From the human T2T-CHM13v2.0 reference genome, Homo sapiens: a stretch of DNA of 64,000 nt. Shown here in pieces: positions 63,621 to 64,000 of the stretch; position 1 is the stretch's first letter, and the number at the start of each line of letters is the position of its first letter. The position numbers and the translations under genes were made by a program. The stretch lies in the NCBI RefSeq assembly GCF_009914755.1, contig NC_060943.1; one strand, 5' to 3'. The notes beneath the pieces were generated by a model. It saw only the letters and a program-made list of their open reading frames with translations. It made no database searches and was not told where the DNA came from.

Positions 63621-64000
63621 GATATTGTCTCATTTTTAGAACAGAGTACTGAATGGATCATGAACACTATCTGGTATGTCACGTAGGTAATTTACAAGGG
63701 CTACAATTTCAGCTCAGATTTACCTTTTCCTGGATACAGGTCTTGATAGGTCTCTTGATGTCATTTCACTTCAGATTCTTCTTTAGAAAACTTGGACAAT
63801 AGCATTTGCTGTCTTGTCCAAATTGTTACTAAGAATCAAGAGAGATATCTGACATGAAATGACATTGGAAAACATTAAACACGATTGAAATAATGCTAGC
63901 CAATATGGTTATTATTAGAAACCAATTACATTTTCAACTTAAAAACAGTAATACTTATTGCAGACTCAAATGTGCTTATTCTAAAACAAGTAAATGTTTG

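Overview
This is AT-rich, CpG-poor, repeat-dominated primate DNA, almost certainly human. It reads as the subtelomeric olfactory-receptor duplication block. An intact OR4F gene (+ strand, first codons cut off by the window edge; residues best fit OR4F17) faces a frameshifted OR4F16/OR4F29-type pseudogene (- strand) about 45 kb away, with a WBP1L processed pseudogene between them. The rest is mostly L1 (one full-length dead L1PA, three 5'-inverted twin-primed L1s, many old L1M pieces), Alus, a solo ERVK-class LTR, a complete THE1 element, L2/MIR/Tigger fragments and simple repeats. I found no evidence for a previously undescribed biological system; most ORFs in the track are repeat-derived or spurious. 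The most interesting structures are retrotransposition anatomy. These are: a nested L1M > WBP1L retrocopy > full-length L1 arrangement that makes the retrocopy much longer than its coding similarity; a tailless 3'-truncated Alu with a clean TSD; three twin-priming inversions; a 76-bp minisatellite inside an L1 3'UTR; and a THE1 5' LTR with an intact DUX4-type motif pointing toward the OR pseudogene. Repeat subfamily names and gene paralog names come from recalled consensus sequences, not from a search. Boundaries of old elements are approximate.
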